Shown piece by piece: positions 8,057-16,941 of a DNA stretch of 64,000 nucleotides. Under the pieces are notes generated by a model. The model did not search any database and was not told the origin of the DNA. It worked only from the letters and a program-made list of their open reading frames with translations. Numbering within the stretch: position 1 is the stretch's first letter; every line of letters begins with the position of its first letter. Made by a program: the position numbers and the translations under genes. This stretch comes from an uncultured Acidobacteriaceae bacterium. Lineage in GTDB: Bacteria; Acidobacteriota; Terriglobia; Terriglobales; Acidobacteriaceae. The stretch lies in NCBI GenBank assembly GCA_964541925.1, contig CAZISB010000001.1:83605-147604 (forward strand), in the 5' to 3' direction.

Positions 8057-8496
8057 TAGATGCCCAGTTCGTCGAGAGTCTTCTCATCGTCCTGCGTGAA
8101 CGGGTTCTCTTCGATGTCCTTCTTGTAAGCCTCGAGGCTCTGCACTTCGAGGTACGTTAAATTTCCAACTACGGCCACTTCGCCCTGGATCTTCGCTGCT
8201 TCCCTGAGCAGCGCCGGTATCAGCAGCCGGCCTTGCCCATCGATCTCCACCTGCTGGCCGTAATAGTTGGTGCGATTCAAAAACTTTTTCTTGGTCGGGT
8301 TGAAATTCGATAACCGCGCCAGCTTCTCTTCGATCCGCTGCCACTCCTCGAAGGGATACACTTGAGCAACCTTCCCGTCGAGCGAGGTGATGTAAAATTG
8401 CGTGCCGTACTTCTCGTCGATCAGGCGCTTGAATTCCGCGGGGACCTTTAAACGTCCCTTCTCGTCGACGCGAGTTGGATGGTTTCCGCGAAACAT
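8056..8496 (-). CDS. mraZ: transcriptional regulator MraZ
   Basis: It starts MFRGNHPTRVDEKGRLKVPAEFKR and has a second SpoVT/AbrB-like repeat, QVEIDGQGRLLIPALLRE. I start it at the Met at 8496. Confidence 0.95.
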   Translation of the reverse strand: MFRGNHPTRVDEKGRLKVPAEFKRLIDEKYGTQFYITSLDGKVAQVYPFEEWQRIEEKLARLSNFNPTKKKFLNRTNYYGQQVEIDGQGRLLIPALLREAAKIQGEVAVVGNLTYLEVQSLEAYKKDIEENPFTQDDEKTLDELGI

Positions 8497-8626
8497 TGTT
8501 TCTTGCTGCAATCCCGGCCAAAACCGGTAATAAGGAGGTGAAAACGGTAATTTCTAGCTGCTTTGCTGGTTCGTTTGCGTCAATTTGGGGGTTTTTCTGG
8601 TTCATCTGCCCTTCTGTCTACTTTTG

Positions 8627-8681
8627 ACCACTTACCCCTGAATCGAACCTTGCTTTACCACTTTCAACCACTTTAGACCAC
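8627..8681 (-). promoter_or_regulatory. candidate MraZ operator: GTGGT direct repeats with 10 nt phasing
   Basis: The minus strand reads GTGGTctaaaGTGGTtgaaaGTGGTaaagc, then 30 nt on GTGGTcaaaag. That gives three boxes exactly 10 nt apart and a fourth three turns further on, just downstream of a -10-like hexamer. Confidence 0.55.
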
Positions 8682-8709
8682 ATCCTACGCCTAAACGGTT
8701 GTGTGTCAA
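8682..8709 (-). promoter_or_regulatory. candidate sigma70-type promoter of the mraZ operon
   Basis: On the minus strand: TTGACA (8704-8709 rc), a 16 nt spacer, then TAGGAT (8682-8687 rc). Confidence 0.4.
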
Positions 8710-8958
8710 GCGCTTTTTTTAAAGTAGTGTGTGGAAATTGACTTCGTCAGGGTGGTGAGATGCCGATTGTGGAGTGGCGAAGTAGAAAACACTAGAGGTT
8801 GTGTTTATTAGAATGGTTCAGATTTGCGACTGTGCTGTTTCGGTGTTCGTTACCTCTATATGCACGACTACGGTGCTGGGCGAGCGTAGAACATTTGCGT
8901 TTTTGTACTGCCGCAGCGTGCCCGGGACGTTGGATAGGTGATCGCCTACTCGCCTTCC

Positions 8959-9486
8959 TTATTTTTCCGAGACCAACTTTTTGATACTTGCTTCAAGTTC
9001 ATCGCGGTCCACGAGTCGGGCCTGGTAAGCGACTGCGATCCTTCCGTGACGGTCAATCACGAAGGTATCTGGCAGATTTTGAATTCCATACTTCTTTGCG
9101 GTTTCATCATCGCCGAGCACCATGCGATAAGGCACATGATGCTCCCTTAGGTATGGCTTCACCATTTTCCAGCCTTCGTCATCCATTGCTACGCCGACGA
9201 TCGAGAGGCCGCGTGAACCGTATCTCTTCTGGTACTCAGTGAACCACGGAATCTCCCGTTTGCAGCCTGTGCACCACGTAGCCCAGAAGTCCAGGACAAG
9301 AATTCTGCCTGCATAATTGTTTAGACTCGCGGTTTTGCCGTTTGAATCTCTCAGCGCAAAGTTTGGCGCTGGCTTTCGATCCTGTAGACGTATCAGCGCT
9401 GTCGGCGCGCTTGGCTCGTCTGTAGCAGATGATGCAGCAAGTAGCAGTAAAACCGCCAACCCGATACGTAAGCATTTATGTTTCAT
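8959..9486 (-). CDS. TlpA/ResA-like periplasmic thiol:disulfide oxidoreductase
   Basis: It has a signal peptide and the thioredoxin-fold CxxC motif in LVLDFWATWCTGCKREIP. Confidence 0.85.
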   Translation of the reverse strand: MKHKCLRIGLAVLLLLAASSATDEPSAPTALIRLQDRKPAPNFALRDSNGKTASLNNYAGRILVLDFWATWCTGCKREIPWFTEYQKRYGSRGLSIVGVAMDDEGWKMVKPYLREHHVPYRMVLGDDETAKKYGIQNLPDTFVIDRHGRIAVAYQARLVDRDELEASIKKLVSEK

Positions 9487-9518
9487 TTGCGCCTCCTAAA
9501 AGCAAACTTGTGTGCACG

Positions 9519-10451
9519 TCATTGCGCCGGCAGGCGTTCCACCCTTCCGCGCACTCGCGCAGCAACTGTCAGCACCAGGTATCCCAACGGCCAGTAAGAA
9601 ACAACCAACAGCAAATCCACAATAGAGCGCATGGAGACGGCCCAGCCGTGCCACATGTCAGGACGCATGCCGAAATTCATCAGGACCAGCACAACAAGAC
9701 CGGATACATGCAGGGCCATCGCCACCAGGCTCATGAGCGCCGCGAAAAAGGCAACTCTACCCATGTGATTACCCGTAGCCCTCTCTGTCCGTGCTTCATG
9801 CATTCCCCATAAAGCCGGCACTGCTACGAAAATTGCAGTTGAAATGAGCGGCAGAATTGTCCGATAGAAAATGAGAGGTGTAATCGGATCCTGCTCCGCG
9901 CGGAAGGACACGGAGGAAAATAGTCGATGAGTCTCACGCGCAAGGAAGCCGAAATATGCCGGCGCTGCTCCGATCGCCCCAATCAGAAGCACGCAGCAGA
10001 ACAAACTGCTTATGACATTAGGACGGATGAAGCGAATTCTTCGTCCCAGCAAAAATCCCGCCGCCCAGGACCAGCAGCCGACGGTTAGATACCTGGCCGA
10101 AAGGAACCTTAATGAATCTGCGAGCACATACCAGAACGCATGGGTGTGCAGAAGACGTGAATTCCAGTTGTTGAGATAAAGCCAGCCATAAACAGAGCTG
10201 ATTCCGAGCATCGCGCGCGACGCCAGGCAAAGCAGTATGCCAACCGGCAAAATGATAGTTACTACGACGCACCAAAGGCGCCAATCGCCCCAGATTGCAA
10301 CTTGACGCAGCAGAACCAAGCTAAAAACATGGAGCAAGGCTTGCTGACCGTTCTCGCCGGATTCAACGAGGTCTCCTGTAACTGCTTCGCGTTCACTTGG
10401 ATCGAGCGTTCGCGAGACAAGATTCGCCAGCCACCAGCACATTCGGTCCAT
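9519..10451 (-). CDS. polytopic membrane protein co-transcribed with PadR
   Basis: 310 aa with multiple hydrophobic helices. Its start overlaps the PadR stop by 1 nt. I do not recognise a family. Confidence 0.6.
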   Translation of the reverse strand: MDRMCWWLANLVSRTLDPSEREAVTGDLVESGENGQQALLHVFSLVLLRQVAIWGDWRLWCVVVTIILPVGILLCLASRAMLGISSVYGWLYLNNWNSRLLHTHAFWYVLADSLRFLSARYLTVGCWSWAAGFLLGRRIRFIRPNVISSLFCCVLLIGAIGAAPAYFGFLARETHRLFSSVSFRAEQDPITPLIFYRTILPLISTAIFVAVPALWGMHEARTERATGNHMGRVAFFAALMSLVAMALHVSGLVVLVLMNFGMRPDMWHGWAVSMRSIVDLLLVVSYWPLGYLVLTVAARVRGRVERLPAQ

Positions 10452-10777
10452 TACTCACCTGTAATGCGTTCTTCGCTCCACGAGAGATCACGACTGGCGC
10501 GCCGAACTGCGTTGTAGAACTCCGACGCCGCGCGAACTCCCTTTGGAGTGATTGTGACCATCCGCTTGGCACGGCCTCCGCGTTCCGGCGTGGCCGGTCC
10601 CATCCATGTTTTCACCAGACCTTTTTTCTGCAGGCGGTCGAGAGTTGTGTAGATTGCGCCGATGGAAGATCGCCGGCCAGTCGCATCCTCGACCTCGCGG
10701 CGAATGGATGCGCCATATGCATCGTCGCCCAATCGGACAGCCGCACTCAGCAGCAGGTATTCGAATTCGCCCAGCAT
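10451..10777 (-). CDS. PadR family transcriptional regulator
   Basis: It has GEFEYLLLSAAVRLGDDAYGASIRREVE...GAIYTTLDRLQKKGLV, a winged-helix PadR signature. I start it at the internal Met at 10777. Confidence 0.85.
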   Translation of the reverse strand: MLGEFEYLLLSAAVRLGDDAYGASIRREVEDATGRRSSIGAIYTTLDRLQKKGLVKTWMGPATPERGGRAKRMVTITPKGVRAASEFYNAVRRASRDLSWSEERITGE

Positions 10778-10837
10778 TAGTACTACAATGTAGACATAAT
10801 ACAGACCAAAGTCAAGCGGGTGGTTTTGCAACAATGC

Positions 10838-10960
10838 TTACGTGAATAGAAATTCCTTAGTCCGCAGGTCTCTCACTGTATCCCGCAGCTTGGCGGCTTT
10901 TTCAAATTCAAATCACTTTGCCGCTTCGCGCATGTGATTTTCCCAGTCCGCAACGTAGAT
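10838..10960 (-). pseudogene. relic copy of the uvrB 3' end (UVR-domain C-terminus) with in-frame stop
   Basis: The minus strand translates [39 protein letters not shown]. The real UvrB end is ...[35 protein letters not shown]. By eye the two are about 75-80 percent identical at nt level over about 120 nt against 12314-12436. Confidence 0.7.
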
Positions 10961-10976
10961 TCGGGATTTACTCGAT

Positions 10977-12206
10977 TTAAACAGATTTCTCTTTTGCCAG
11001 CCTACGAGAAACCCGTACGGCATAAAAAACAATATAAAGATAGCAGACGAGCGGCAGCACGAATGAATGATGTATGCCGATGTGGTCGGCCAGCAGGCCT
11101 ACTAACTCCGGAACCACTGCTCCGCCGATGATGGCCGCGACGAGCAATCCAGAGCCTTTTCCGGTGAGCGGCCCCAGGCCTTCAATCGCCAGGGTAAAGA
11201 TGCTGGGGAACATAATTGAATTAAATAGCCCAACCAGAATCAGCGACCACATGGCCACATGCCCGAACGTTAGCAGAGAGACGGCCACCAGCAATGCGGC
11301 CATGGTAGCGCTGATGGCCAATAGTCTTGGGGTAGAAAACTTTTGCAACAGCGCTGCACCAGTAAAACGCCCAACCATCGCGCCGCCCCAGTAATACTGC
11401 AGATAAACAGCAGCCTCTTGCAGAGGAAGATTACCAATCTCCCTGTGATTGAAGTAATTCGTCATGAGACTGCCGATCGCAACCTCGACGCCCACATAGA
11501 CGAAGATCCCAATCGCTCCTAACACCAAACGTGGATGTCGCCAGATGCTGTCAGTGGCATCGCCATGTGCTTCGGCATATTCGATAACGGGTAACTTGAA
11601 AATGCCCACCATCACAGCCAAAAGGGACAATGCCACAGCAAGTCCAACATACGGAACCTTGACCGATGCCGCCTGCTGCAGGCGATAAGCATGAAGCTGG
11701 CCTGCATTCATTGCATGGATTGCTTCCATGCTGAGCGGCACGGCCGCGGCCCCAAGAATCAACCAGCTACCGAAGCGTGGAGCCACGGTGGTCCCAAGAG
11801 AATTAAATCCCTGCGCCAGATTCAACCGGCTGGATGCAGTCTGCACCGGCCCGAGAATGGCAACGTAGGGATTGGCCGAAGTCTGCAGGATTGTCATCCC
11901 GGCAGCTAACACGATCAGCGCGGTCAGAAACACCGGAAATGATGGAATGGATGCCGCTGGAACAAACAACAGCGCGCCGGTGGCCATGGTGAGCAACCCT
12001 GTCACCATGGAGCGCTTATAGCCGATCCATTCAATGATCTTGCCGGAAGGCATGGAGAAAACGAAGTACGAAGAAAAGAACGCAAACTGCACCAGCATGA
12101 CTTCGGCATAATTCAGGTCGAAGATGTTTTTGAGGTGCGGGATGAGAATGTCATTCAGACACGTGAGAAATCCCCACGCAAAAAATAACGTGGATACCAC
12201 CGCCAT
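10977..12206 (-). CDS. sugar MFS transporter (glucose/galactose GluP / fucose FucP family)
   Basis: 409 aa. It has TLFFAWGFLTCLNDILIPHLKNIFDL, the family-typical TM1 and loop, and about 12 TM segments. The N-terminus is unusually short for the family. Confidence 0.85.
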   Translation of the reverse strand: MAVVSTLFFAWGFLTCLNDILIPHLKNIFDLNYAEVMLVQFAFFSSYFVFSMPSGKIIEWIGYKRSMVTGLLTMATGALLFVPAASIPSFPVFLTALIVLAAGMTILQTSANPYVAILGPVQTASSRLNLAQGFNSLGTTVAPRFGSWLILGAAAVPLSMEAIHAMNAGQLHAYRLQQAASVKVPYVGLAVALSLLAVMVGIFKLPVIEYAEAHGDATDSIWRHPRLVLGAIGIFVYVGVEVAIGSLMTNYFNHREIGNLPLQEAAVYLQYYWGGAMVGRFTGAALLQKFSTPRLLAISATMAALLVAVSLLTFGHVAMWSLILVGLFNSIMFPSIFTLAIEGLGPLTGKGSGLLVAAIIGGAVVPELVGLLADHIGIHHSFVLPLVCYLYIVFYAVRVSRRLAKEKSV

Positions 12207-12313
12207 TGCGCTGGTATCAGTCTTGACCGTGACGATTTGCGCAATGGAAATGCCGGATTGGGTCTGGAGAGCGATGGCCTAAGCCTAACATGCTCGTGGA
12301 AAATTTCGGTCGC

Positions 12314-14302
12314 TCACGTAAACAGAAATTCCTTGGTTTTTAGATCCCTTACCGTATCGCGCAGCTTGGCGGCTTTTTCAAATTCGAACCGCTTGGCGGC
12401 TTCACGCATGTCGTTCTCCATGCCAGCGATGTAGGCATCCAGCTCTTCCTGTGACTTGAAGTCGGGCAGCCCATCAGCAGCCTGCGTCACATCAACGTAA
12501 TCCGTCTCGGCGATCCCCGCCAGCGACATCATCAGCGGCCGGCTGATGGACTCTGGCGTAATGCCGTGCTCCTGGTTGTAAGCCACCTGAATGGCCCGGC
12601 GCCGGTCAGTCTCATCCATCGCGCGTTTCATCGAATCAGTCATGTGGTCGGCATACAAAATGGCGCGGCCGTTCAGGTTTCGGGCACAGCGTCCGATAGT
12701 CTGGATCAGCGAGCCGCTGGAACGCAGGAAGCCTTCTTTGTCTGCGTCGAGGATTCCCACCAGAGAAACCTCTGGCAGATCAAGCCCTTCGCGCAGCAGG
12801 TTGATGCCGATCAGCACGTCATACTCGCCCTTGCGGAGGTCGCGCAGCAGCTTGATGCGTTCAAGCGTCTCGATCTCCGAATGCATATACCGGCAGCGCA
12901 CGCCGACCTCGGCGTAATATTCAGCCAAATCTTCAGCCATGCGCTTGGTGAGAGTTGTGACCAGGACACGCTCGCCCTTGCTGACGCGATCACGGATTTC
13001 ATGCAGCAGGTCGTCAATCTGGCCTTTTACCGGGCGCACCTCAACCGGCGGATCAACCAGACCTGTGGGACGGATGATCTGCTCTATAACGACGCCAGAA
13101 GATTTTGTCAGTTCATACGGCCCGGGCGTGGCGGAAACATAGATAAGCTGGTTCGTGCGCTCCTCAAATTCTTCAAACTTGAGTGGACGGTTATCGAGCG
13201 CCGAGGGCAGGCGGAAGCCGTACTGCACCAGGTTTTCTTTGCGCGAGCGGTCGCCATGCCACATACCATGCAGCTGTGGGACTGTCTGGTGCGACTCGTC
13301 AATGAACATAATGAAGTCGCGGGGAACGTAGTCAAGCAGCGTGGGCGGCGGCTCGCCCGGCATACGCCCGCTGAAGTGGCGCGAGTAGTTCTCAATCCCA
13401 TGGCAATAGCCGACGGACTTGATCATCTCCAGGTCAAAGCGAGTGCGCTGGTGCACACGCTGCGACTCCACCAGCCGGCCTTCTTTTTCCAGCTCTTTCT
13501 CCCACCAGGCAAGCTCTTCCAGGATGGTTCCGATGGCATGGTTCTTCGTCGTATTCGACATTACATAATGGCTCTTGGGATAGATAGGCAGACGCGTGTA
13601 CTTCTGCTTGACCGTGCCGAAGAGCGGATCAATCTGCGACAGCGAATCTACTTCGTCGCCGAAAAGCTCAATGCGATAGGCATTGTCATCGTACGGAGGA
13701 AAAACTTCGATCACATCGCCACGGACGCGAAAAGTTCCGCGCTTGAAGTCCGTGTCATTGCGCTCGTAAAGAATTTCCACGAGCTTGCTGAAGATGTCCT
13801 GGCGGCGTATCTTCTGCCCTTTCTCCAGGAAGAGCAGCATGCCGTAATAGGCCTCCGGTGAGCCCAGTCCGTAAATGCAGCTCACCGATGCCACGATCAC
13901 GCAATCGCGCCGCTCGAACAGCGACCGCGTCGCGGAGAGCCGGAGCTTGTCGAGCTCATCGTTGATCGTGGCTTCTTTTTCTATGTAAACGTCGCCGGCA
14001 GGAATGTAGGCCTCAGGCTGATAGTAGTCGTAATAAGAGACGAAATACTCAACAGCATTATTGGGAAAGAACTGCTTGAACTCGTGATAAAGCTGCGCCG
14101 CCAGCGTCTTGTTGTGCGCCAACACCAGTGCCGGACGATTCAGTTGCTCAATCACCTTGGCCATGGTGTAGGTCTTGCCCGAGCCCGTTACTCCGAGCAG
14201 TACCTGGTGCTTCTCTCCCCCGTAAATCCCACGGGTAAGCTCCTCGATAGCCCTGGCTTGGTCTCCCTTGGGCTTGTAATCACTGGTGATTCGAAAATCC
14301 AT
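12314..14302 (-). CDS. uvrB: excinuclease ABC subunit B
   Basis: 662 aa. It has the Walker A motif GVTGSGKT, helicase motifs and a C-terminal UVR domain. Confidence 0.97.
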   Translation of the reverse strand: MDFRITSDYKPKGDQARAIEELTRGIYGGEKHQVLLGVTGSGKTYTMAKVIEQLNRPALVLAHNKTLAAQLYHEFKQFFPNNAVEYFVSYYDYYQPEAYIPAGDVYIEKEATINDELDKLRLSATRSLFERRDCVIVASVSCIYGLGSPEAYYGMLLFLEKGQKIRRQDIFSKLVEILYERNDTDFKRGTFRVRGDVIEVFPPYDDNAYRIELFGDEVDSLSQIDPLFGTVKQKYTRLPIYPKSHYVMSNTTKNHAIGTILEELAWWEKELEKEGRLVESQRVHQRTRFDLEMIKSVGYCHGIENYSRHFSGRMPGEPPPTLLDYVPRDFIMFIDESHQTVPQLHGMWHGDRSRKENLVQYGFRLPSALDNRPLKFEEFEERTNQLIYVSATPGPYELTKSSGVVIEQIIRPTGLVDPPVEVRPVKGQIDDLLHEIRDRVSKGERVLVTTLTKRMAEDLAEYYAEVGVRCRYMHSEIETLERIKLLRDLRKGEYDVLIGINLLREGLDLPEVSLVGILDADKEGFLRSSGSLIQTIGRCARNLNGRAILYADHMTDSMKRAMDETDRRRAIQVAYNQEHGITPESISRPLMMSLAGIAETDYVDVTQAADGLPDFKSQEELDAYIAGMENDMREAAKRFEFEKAAKLRDTVRDLKTKEFLFT

Positions 14303-14443
14303 CGGTTCCCTTCACCAAATTTCCCTCCTACCAGAAAGTGCGGAGAAAATTCAGGCTGATCCCTCCCAGATTGCAATTTTGAGTAGAGGAAATCTCTTTA
14401 GTGTGGCATGGAAAGGCGAAACTGTGCAATTGGCTTTATACTC

Positions 14444-14788
14444 TCACTTCGATGGGCGTTTTGGCGGAAGGGGCATTTCAACAAACGTATAGCTTCCCGG
14501 CACGGCGGCATCAACGCTGTCTCTGATAGCAGTCGCATGGCTGCGTACAATGGGCCAGATATTTGATCCCAATACGATCAAAGCAACTTTTCTATGCTGG
14601 AGATTTTGCTGGTAAATAATGTTTTGATCGGCAGTTACTACGACTTCAAAGCCAGCCGCTTGCGCAGCGGTAATAAGCTCACCATTCGTGATGCGTTCCC
14701 AACCGTGATCATCGACGGTTTCAACCTCATGGTTCCTAATAAATTGCCTAATGCCGTAGGGCACATTCTTATCAAACAGGACGCGCAA
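14444..14788 (-). CDS. DUF5615-type PIN-like domain protein (putative toxin)
   Basis: 114 aa starting MRVLFDKNVPYGIRQFIRNH...VVVTADQNI. It overlaps the upstream DUF433 gene by 17 nt. Confidence 0.7.
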   Translation of the reverse strand: MRVLFDKNVPYGIRQFIRNHEVETVDDHGWERITNGELITAAQAAGFEVVVTADQNIIYQQNLQHRKVALIVLGSNIWPIVRSHATAIRDSVDAAVPGSYTFVEMPLPPKRPSK

Positions 14789-15002
14789 GTGCGTGGTGCC
14801 TTTCCACGTAGCTCAACAATTCTTTAATGGTCCAGCTAGGGATTTTAAACTGCTCTGAGATTTCGCTAATCGAAACTCCGTACTCGTAATTTGCAATGAT
14901 GTCCTCAACAGGCATGCGCGTCCCCTTGAGCACAGGCCGCCCACTAACTCGAAGAGGATCTGTTTCGACGAGAGGACATTTAGACCAGTCGAGCGATTCC
15001 AT
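14772..15002 (-). CDS. DUF433 domain protein (putative antitoxin)
   Basis: 76 aa with VSGRPVLKGTRMPVEDIIANYEYGVSISEISEQF, a typical DUF433 core. Confidence 0.75.
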   Translation of the reverse strand: MESLDWSKCPLVETDPLRVSGRPVLKGTRMPVEDIIANYEYGVSISEISEQFKIPSWTIKELLSYVERHHALARPV

Positions 15003-15104
15003 ACCGATCTCCTACCCTTAATTTTAGCGGACTGGGCCATGAGAAGCGACAGAAAAGCTTGGCAGGAGAAGTTCTAAAATCACAGAGTATTAGCCAAGCG
15101 CAAT

Positions 15105-15341
15105 TTACTTACTTTCTTCCTGCTTCTGCGCCTCTGGGCTGGGGACCGGCTCATCTTTCGCTTTGACCGTGAACTGGATCTTGCCCGCGGCAATCTCTTC
15201 CTGTGCGATCTTGCAAGGCTTGCGCGCATTGGTCGCCACAAGCGGCGTCGCTCCACCCGAGATTTGGCGGGCGCGTCGGGCAGCTACAAGAATGTAGCGA
15301 TAGTTACTGTCAAATCCGTCCTTTAGCTTCATGCTCTGCAC
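15105..15341 (-). CDS. rpoZ: DNA-directed RNA polymerase subunit omega
   Basis: 78 aa with NYRYILVAARRARQI. It lies directly downstream of gmk. Confidence 0.85.
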   Translation of the reverse strand: MQSMKLKDGFDSNYRYILVAARRARQISGGATPLVATNARKPCKIAQEEIAAGKIQFTVKAKDEPVPSPEAQKQEESK

Positions 15342-15347
15342 CTCATC

Positions 15348-16046
15348 TCAGGCGTGAGAAGAATTATCAAAGGAGCACAGAATATCTCGGATCTTGTCTT
15401 CCATTTTCGGCTTCAGGCATTTCTCCGCAGTTTCTAAGTACCGTTTCTCTTCAGCGGAAGGCGGTTCACCCGAACGCCGGATGCGTTCACCCAATACAAT
15501 GGCCTGCAGCCGGTCCACTGACTGCTCCAGGCGGTCATTGATCAGAATATAGTCGTAATTTGGGTACTTCTCAATCTCTTTGCGTGCCGTGTCAAGACGG
15601 CGGCGAATTGTCTCTTCATTATGCACACCCTCGCTCAGGCTGCGCTTTCGCAGGCGCGACTCCAGTTCTGCGCGGCTTGGTGGAAGGACAAAGATGCTCA
15701 CCGCATCTGGCATCTTCTGCTTGACCTGGCGCTCTCCCTGTACATCAATATCCAGCAGAACGTCATTTCCACGATCTCTAGCCTGCTGCAGCACCGATCG
15801 TGCGGTTCCATAATAGTTGCCGAAGACCTGCGCGTACTCCAGAAAATCGTCGCGTTCAATCCTGGCTTCAAATTCATCGCGAGAGATGAAGTGGTATTCG
15901 CGGCCGTCCTGCTCGCTGCCACGCGGAGAGCGCGTGGTATAGGAGATCGAAAATTCCAGGTGCGGGACGTACTGGCGCAGCTCATTAACCAGCGTGGTCT
16001 TGCCCGATCCCGAAGGCGCAGAGATGATATAAAGTATGCCGCTCAT
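15348..16046 (-). CDS. gmk: guanylate kinase
   Basis: It has the P-loop SAPSGSGKTTL and YHFISRDEF. Its ATG overlaps the yicC stop (ATGA). Confidence 0.95.
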   Translation of the reverse strand: MSGILYIISAPSGSGKTTLVNELRQYVPHLEFSISYTTRSPRGSEQDGREYHFISRDEFEARIERDDFLEYAQVFGNYYGTARSVLQQARDRGNDVLLDIDVQGERQVKQKMPDAVSIFVLPPSRAELESRLRKRSLSEGVHNEETIRRRLDTARKEIEKYPNYDYILINDRLEQSVDRLQAIVLGERIRRSGEPPSAEEKRYLETAEKCLKPKMEDKIRDILCSFDNSSHA

Positions 16047-16924
16047 TCCAGGTTCTGCACCTGTTCGCGGCATTTTTCAATCTCAGCCTTCATCTGCAAA
16101 CCAAGCTCGGTGATGCGCAGACCCTCTCCGGCCACGCCAGAGGTTTTGGAAAGCAAAGTGTTAGCCTCGCGATTGAGTTCCTGCAGCAGAAAGTCGAGCT
16201 TTTTTCCCACTTCACCGCCCTGATCCAACAGCTTGCGGAAGTGATCTATGTGGGTATGCAAGCGCACCAGCTCTTCCTGAATGTCACTGCGCTCAGCGAG
16301 AATGGCGGCTTCCTGCAGAATGCGGTCCTGGTCGGCATTCTCCAGTAATTCCTGCATGCGCGAGCGTACCTTCTCCATGTATGCACGGGAAACTCCTGCG
16401 CGCAGCTTGGAAACTTCTTCTGTAGCCTTCTCCAGTGCTGTCAGCCGGCGGCGCAACTCGGCTTCCATGCCACGCCCTTCCTGCTCGCGCATAGCGTTCA
16501 ACTTTTGGATGGCCTGATCTAACGCGGACAATACAGACGTCTCAAAATTTCCATCGAGCGGCGTCACGGCGCCGAGCGCGCCGGGCAGGCGGAATACGTT
16601 ATTCAGGTCAGGCTCGCCGCCAGTTGAAAATTCCTGCGCAGCTTTGCGAAAGGCTTCCACGTAGCCGCCTACCAGCTCGCGGTTATATTCATATCCCTGG
16701 CCGCCGCGACGTTCTACGGAAAGCGTGACCTCGACGTGCCCGCGAGCCAGCCGCTCCTTCAACACGCGCCGGATCTTCATTTCCAGCTCATCCATCTCCA
16801 GAGGCAGGCGGAGCTGCGGATCGAGAAAACGATGGTTTACAGACTTTAAAGACAAGGTGAATGCGGTTCTCTCGTCGGCCTGGGACTTCACCTGCGCGAA
16901 TCCGGTCATGGAGCGGATAGCCAT
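16043..16924 (-). CDS. yicC: YicC family stress-induced protein
   Basis: It has the MAIRSMTGFA N-terminus and the C-terminal EANTLLSK...KAEIEKCREQVQNLE motif. Confidence 0.9.
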   Translation of the reverse strand: MAIRSMTGFAQVKSQADERTAFTLSLKSVNHRFLDPQLRLPLEMDELEMKIRRVLKERLARGHVEVTLSVERRGGQGYEYNRELVGGYVEAFRKAAQEFSTGGEPDLNNVFRLPGALGAVTPLDGNFETSVLSALDQAIQKLNAMREQEGRGMEAELRRRLTALEKATEEVSKLRAGVSRAYMEKVRSRMQELLENADQDRILQEAAILAERSDIQEELVRLHTHIDHFRKLLDQGGEVGKKLDFLLQELNREANTLLSKTSGVAGEGLRITELGLQMKAEIEKCREQVQNLE

Positions 16925-16941
16925 TCTTTGTAGTGGGACCT

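Noticed and set aside
8084-8605. 173 aa minus-strand ORF.
   Set aside because: It overlaps mraZ in another frame, and mraZ is unambiguous.
12566-13861. 431 aa plus-strand ORF.
   Set aside because: It lies entirely antisense to uvrB, whose identity is unambiguous. Its Arg/Ala/Leu-rich composition is what a shadow ORF looks like in GC-rich DNA.
14303-14443. Search for an SOS (LexA) box upstream of uvrB.
   Set aside because: I found no direct GTTC repeat or palindrome there, and I am not sure of the consensus for this lineage.
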